This document shows, piece by piece, positions 37,242 through 40,832 of a DNA stretch of 40,832 nucleotides. The translations under genes were made by a program, and so were the position numbers. Numbering within the stretch: the stretch's first letter is position 1; the number at the start of each line of letters is the position of its first letter. The notes beneath the pieces were generated by a model. It was not told the DNA's origin. It saw only the letters and a list, made by a program, of their open reading frames with translations, and ran no database searches. This stretch comes from Candidatus Eiseniibacteriota bacterium (GTDB lineage: Bacteria; Eisenbacteria; RBG-16-71-46): assembly GCA_031364845.1 (NCBI GenBank), contig JANLWX010000223.1, positions 1-40,832 of the forward strand, in the 5' to 3' direction.

Positions 37242-38132
37242 GTGATTCGCAGAGGTTACTCCGTTGTTCTGTTCGCCGCGCTCGCCGTCACCGGCGTCAC
37301 GGTTACCGCGTACGCGGGCGGCGAAACGGCCACGACCGCGAGCAACACATCCACCGCCAAGCATGCGGTCGCCGCGAGCAGCAACGGTGCCTGTACCGCC
37401 GAGATGGCTGCGAAGTGCACACCCGAGATGGCAGCGGCCTGCAAGGCCGGCGGTACCCACGCTTCGATGGCGAAGAAGACCGCGAACATGGCGATGACGG
37501 CAGACAACGCCGCCGATCACTGCGCGAAGAACAGCGCGGCGTCGGCGGCTTCTTCGTGCTGCGCCATGAAGGGCGCCAAGGCTTCGGCGACGACGGCGGC
37601 GTTTCAGGCGAAGAAGGCCGCGGCAGTTGCGGCGGGTTCGAGCTGCAGCGCCACCAAGGGCGCGAACGTTGCAGCCGGCTATGACGCCGTGGTCACGGGC
37701 GGCGGTGCCACCTGCGGCGGCAAAGGTGTCGGAGCCATGACCGGCAACGCCATGAACGGCTGCGACGCGTGCGCCGACATGGCGATGTGCGAGTCGGAGC
37801 TCAAGTCGGCCGGTTCGCAGTACCAGGTCGTGCCGCTCAAGAACGGCGTGATGTACGTGTACACCGCCACCGATGCCCGCGACGTGCGCTCCGTGCAGAC
37901 CGCGATCTCGCGCCGCACCGACCGCATCAACTCGCTCGCCTCGGTCCAGGGTGCGAAGCTGTGCCCCGACTGCAAGCGGATGCGCGGCGCGATGGCGAGC
38001 GGCAAGCTCACGCGCGAAGTCGTGAACATCGAAGGCGGCTCGATCAGCCTCGTCACCTCGAGCGATCCCGCGATGGTGTCCAAGCTCTACGCCATGGCCG
38101 GACTGTCGGGCCAGAAGGTGATCAAGAGCTGA
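37242..38132 (+). CDS. Exported Cys/Met/Ala-rich hypothetical protein
   Basis: GGAGG RBS plus GTG; signal peptide AYA; 13 Cys including CDAC, CPDC and CC; strongly host-like codons. Confidence 0.8.
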   Translation: MIRRGYSVVLFAALAVTGVTVTAYAGGETATTASNTSTAKHAVAASSNGACTAEMAAKCTPEMAAACKAGGTHASMAKKTANMAMTADNAADHCAKNSAASAASSCCAMKGAKASATTAAFQAKKAAAVAAGSSCSATKGANVAAGYDAVVTGGGATCGGKGVGAMTGNAMNGCDACADMAMCESELKSAGSQYQVVPLKNGVMYVYTATDARDVRSVQTAISRRTDRINSLASVQGAKLCPDCKRMRGAMASGKLTREVVNIEGGSISLVTSSDPAMVSKLYAMAGLSGQKVIKS

Positions 38133-38154
38133 GCACGGTCCCCTCGAGCGCGGC

Positions 38155-38188
38155 GGGCCGGTCCGGAAGCGGGCCGGCCCTTTGCGTT
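38155..38188 (+). terminator. Rho-independent terminator
   Basis: GGGCCGGTCCG-GAAG-CGGGCCGGCCC followed by TTTGCGTT, 22 nt after the stop at 38132. Confidence 0.65.
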
Positions 38189-38282
38189 GGCGCCGCCACG
38201 CGGCCGCAGGCCCTCGCGTCCGCGCCGCGCCGGCCCGCGTCCGGGTGGCCATTCACGAAGCGAACCGGATAATCTCGCCCAT

Positions 38283-39839
38283 ATGTCGGTCTCCCGCTTC
38301 AGTCGTCGCGTCCTGCTCATCATCAGTTTCGGCGTTGCTGTTCCGGCGCTGATTCTGGCGGGCCTCGGCGTTTTCCTCACGTTGCGGATCGCGCGCGCGG
38401 TCGAGGCCGAGAGCATCAAGTACAACACCTACCTCTCGCAGCAGATCGCCGAAGCGTTCGAGCAGGAGCTCATGGCGCACCTGCGCCGCGGCATCACGCC
38501 GGCTGAAAACGCCGCGCGCAACGGCGCGAGCAGAGCCGAGATCCTCGCCGCACTGCGGCCCGAAGGCGGCGAGTTCGAAGGTGCGCAGCTGGTCGGCGTC
38601 GACGAGCTCGACGGCTATTCGCTGCTGATCATCGAATCGCAGCCGCTCATCTACGCGCCCGGCGACGGCAAACGGCGCAATCAGTATCTCGCGGGCATTC
38701 TGTTGCGCGATCCCGACGGCCAGGTCGCGGGGGCCGGCGGCTGGTGGGTCGATCCGCGCAAGTTCCTTACCGGGCATCTCGAGCCTGTGATCCAGGACCG
38801 TCTGCCTTCGAACCCACGCATGTACGGCGGCTTCGAATCGACGCGGCGGCTGTCGGTGCAATTGTTCGCGCCCGACAATTCGGAGATCGGCCGCGTGAGG
38901 GCGCCGGGGCCGGTCCACACCGCGCGGATCGAAGCGCTGCAGGGTCCGTTCGAAGGTTATTCGGTGCGCGTGTCGGCGACCGCGAACTCGCCGGTGGTGT
39001 GGACCGGACGCTTCGTCGTGATCGAGCTCGCGTTCATCACGCTCATGAGCCTCGTGATCCTGCTCGCCACCGTGTTCGGACTTCGCTACACGATCCGGCA
39101 GCTCGACCTCGCGCAGCTCAAGTCCGGATTCGTCTCGAACGTGACGCACGAGCTGAAGACGCCGATTGCGATCATCCGGCTCGCGGTCGAGTCGCTCGAG
39201 CTGCGCCGGTTCAACACGCCCGAGGACGGCAACAAGTTTCTCGAGATGATTTCGCGCGAAACGCAGCGGCTCAGCAATCTGGTCGAGAAGATCCTCGACT
39301 TCGCGCGCCTCGAAGCCGGCCAGCGCGTGTTCCAGTTCGAACGCCTCGATCTGCTCGCCATCGTGCGCGGTGCGGTCGAGAGTCTGAGGCCCAGACTCGA
39401 GCACCAGGGCTTCGCGGTGGTCACGGAGCTGCCCGACGCGCTGCCGCCGATCAACGGTGATCCGACCGCGATCACCCAGTGCGTCATCAATCTGCTCGAC
39501 AACGCGCTCAAGTACTCGCGTGAGCGCAAGCACCTGGTGATCTCCGCGGGCCCGCGCGGCAATCAAGTGTTCGTCTCGGTCCAGGACCGCGGGATCGGGA
39601 TCGCCCCGGCCGACCAGAAGAAGATCTTCGAGAAGTTCGTGCGCCTCGAAAACGGGCTGGTGCACGACGTGAAGGGCGCCGGCCTCGGCCTGTCGCTGGT
39701 GGCTCAGATCGTCCGCGCCCACGGGGGCCGCATCGAAGTCCAGAGCACTCTGGGCGAAGGCAGTACATTCACGCTGATATTACCGGTCGCAAGCGGTATG
39801 GTACCGGAGCACACCGAGGCGGCGATGACCGCCTCCTGA
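38283..39839 (+). CDS. Membrane sensor histidine kinase (HisKA, OmpR-pair type)
   Basis: Two TM segments; H-box VTHELKTP; N-box NLLDNALKY; G1 DRGIG; F-box IFEKF; G2 GAGLGL. Confidence 0.95.
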   Translation: MSVSRFSRRVLLIISFGVAVPALILAGLGVFLTLRIARAVEAESIKYNTYLSQQIAEAFEQELMAHLRRGITPAENAARNGASRAEILAALRPEGGEFEGAQLVGVDELDGYSLLIIESQPLIYAPGDGKRRNQYLAGILLRDPDGQVAGAGGWWVDPRKFLTGHLEPVIQDRLPSNPRMYGGFESTRRLSVQLFAPDNSEIGRVRAPGPVHTARIEALQGPFEGYSVRVSATANSPVVWTGRFVVIELAFITLMSLVILLATVFGLRYTIRQLDLAQLKSGFVSNVTHELKTPIAIIRLAVESLELRRFNTPEDGNKFLEMISRETQRLSNLVEKILDFARLEAGQRVFQFERLDLLAIVRGAVESLRPRLEHQGFAVVTELPDALPPINGDPTAITQCVINLLDNALKYSRERKHLVISAGPRGNQVFVSVQDRGIGIAPADQKKIFEKFVRLENGLVHDVKGAGLGLSLVAQIVRAHGGRIEVQSTLGEGSTFTLILPVASGMVPEHTEAAMTAS

Positions 39840-39919
39840 CCCGCGCCGGGCTGGCCCTCAGTCTCGGAGCGTGAAGGCGCGCCGAGCCGGACCGGCGGGC
39901 GTGCTTGAAAGGAATGTCC

Positions 39920-40633
39920 ATGAAGAGAGTACTGATCGTCGAAGACGAAGAGAGCATGCTGGAAGGCCTTGCCCACAACTTCCGGTTCGAAGGATACGAA
40001 GTGCTGACCGCGAAGACGGGAACCGAGGGCCTCAAGCTCGCCCTCAAGCAGAAGCCGGACGTGATCCTGCTCGACATCATGCTGCCCGAGAAGGACGGCT
40101 TCACCGTCCTCAAGGAATTGCGCCAGCGCCATCGCGACATCCCAGTGCTGGTGATGACTGCGCGTAACTTCGAAGCCGACGTGCTCAAGGGTTTCGATCT
40201 GGGCGCGGACGACTACGTGACCAAGCCGTTCGGCATCAAGGAGCTGATGGCCCGCGTGAAGCGGCTCTTGTCGCGCGGCACGGCCGGCGTGCCGGTGCCC
40301 GGTCAGACTACCTACACCTTCGGCGACGTTGAGGTGCGATTCGAGCCGCGCGAGGTGCACAAGAGCGGCAAGCAGATCGCGCTCTCGTACAAGGAATTCG
40401 AACTGCTCAAGTATCTGATCGAGCATCGCGGGCGCACCGTATCGCGCGAAGAGCTGCTCGAAGAGATCTGGGGCGTCGACGAGGAGCTGGGTGTGACCAC
40501 GCGCACGGTGGACACGCACGTCTCGAATCTGCGCTCCAAGCTCGGCGCCGGATTCCCGCAGCCGTTCATCGTCGCGGTGCACAAGGTCGGCTACAAGTTC
40601 GTGGAGCCCGAGGGAGCGAAAGCGACCGGATAG
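39920..40633 (+). CDS. OmpR/PhoB-family response regulator
   Basis: VEDE, LLDIMLP, MTA, GADDYVTKPF, winged helix RTVDTHVSNLRSKL, GYKF. Confidence 0.95.
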   Translation: MKRVLIVEDEESMLEGLAHNFRFEGYEVLTAKTGTEGLKLALKQKPDVILLDIMLPEKDGFTVLKELRQRHRDIPVLVMTARNFEADVLKGFDLGADDYVTKPFGIKELMARVKRLLSRGTAGVPVPGQTTYTFGDVEVRFEPREVHKSGKQIALSYKEFELLKYLIEHRGRTVSREELLEEIWGVDEELGVTTRTVDTHVSNLRSKLGAGFPQPFIVAVHKVGYKFVEPEGAKATG

Positions 40634-40656
40634 GCTTTCCTACGATCAGACGCAGA

Positions 40657-40688
40657 CGAGGGCCGGGGCGGTTTCGCTCCGGCCCTCG
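40657..40688 (+). terminator. 14-bp stem-loop after the response regulator (terminator-like; intron target structure)
   Basis: CGAGGGCCGGGGCG-GTTT-CGCTCCGGCCCTCG with one G-U pair; no U-tract. Confidence 0.7.
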
Positions 40689-40695
40689 ATGCGTG

Positions 40696-40832
40696 GTACG
40701 CCCAGCATGGGCGCTGACTTGGAGGTGTAAGTCCTCCGAGGACTTGGTCACAGGGACTCAAGGGAACCGCAAGGGCGCAACCGTGAGGGAGCGTCTGAAG
40801 GAAGCGGGGAACGAACCGACGGGCTGACGAAC
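40696..40832 (+). mobile_element. Group II intron, class IIC: 5' end (domain I), truncated by the window end
   Basis: GTACGCCCAGCATGGGCG...GGTGTAAGTCC...CGCAAGGG...TCTGAAGGAAGCG...AACC...CTGACGAAC follows, block by block, the 5' sequence of IIC introns such as the Oceanobacillus iheyensis intron as recalled (GUGUGCCCGGCAUGGGUG...GGUGAGAGUCC...CGCAAGGG...UCUGAAGGAAGCG...AACC...CUGAGGAAC). It starts 7 nt after a stem-loop. Confidence 0.88.

Noticed and set aside
38283..40633. Naming the two-component pair phoR/phoB because of the pst operon
   Set aside because: It is about 27 kb away, the kinase has a large extracytoplasmic domain and no evident PAS domain, and the motifs are generic to the OmpR family.

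Overview
GC-rich, gene-dense bacterial chromosomal window. The FlgD/T9SS-like C-terminal domain and the C-terminal TWGxxK motifs suggest an FCB-group candidate phylum such as Ca. Eisenbacteria; this is inference only. Contents in order: (1) 1-10961, a long + strand phosphate-acquisition locus: CTD-bearing secreted protein (partial), TonB-dependent receptor, unknown secreted protein, putative Pho box, phosphate-selective-type porin, two tandem pstS, pstCAB, phoU. (2) 11009-15440, a - strand operon: XRE/LexA-like regulator, HlyD-ABC exporter, GGQ ribosome-rescue factor, DCC oxidoreductase. (3) 15541-30128, mixed genes: thiL, ogt, eda, M20 amidohydrolase, TPR-aspartyl protease, ICMT-like methyltransferase, OmpA with TSP3 repeats, two TWGxxK-tailed secreted proteins, a beta-propeller lipoprotein, outer-membrane barrels and a GT-C glycosyltransferase. 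(4) An AsmA-family gene followed by a small AT-richer insert flanked by a degenerate duplication of two convergent gene ends. (5) Two adjacent carbohydrate-enzyme homologues with eroded catalytic motifs. (6) A Cys/Met-rich exported protein and an OmpR-family two-component system. (7) The 5' end of a group IIC intron inserted 7 nt after a stem-loop, truncated by the window end. No tRNA, rRNA or CRISPR array was seen. All family assignments come from motif recognition by eye, not database searches.
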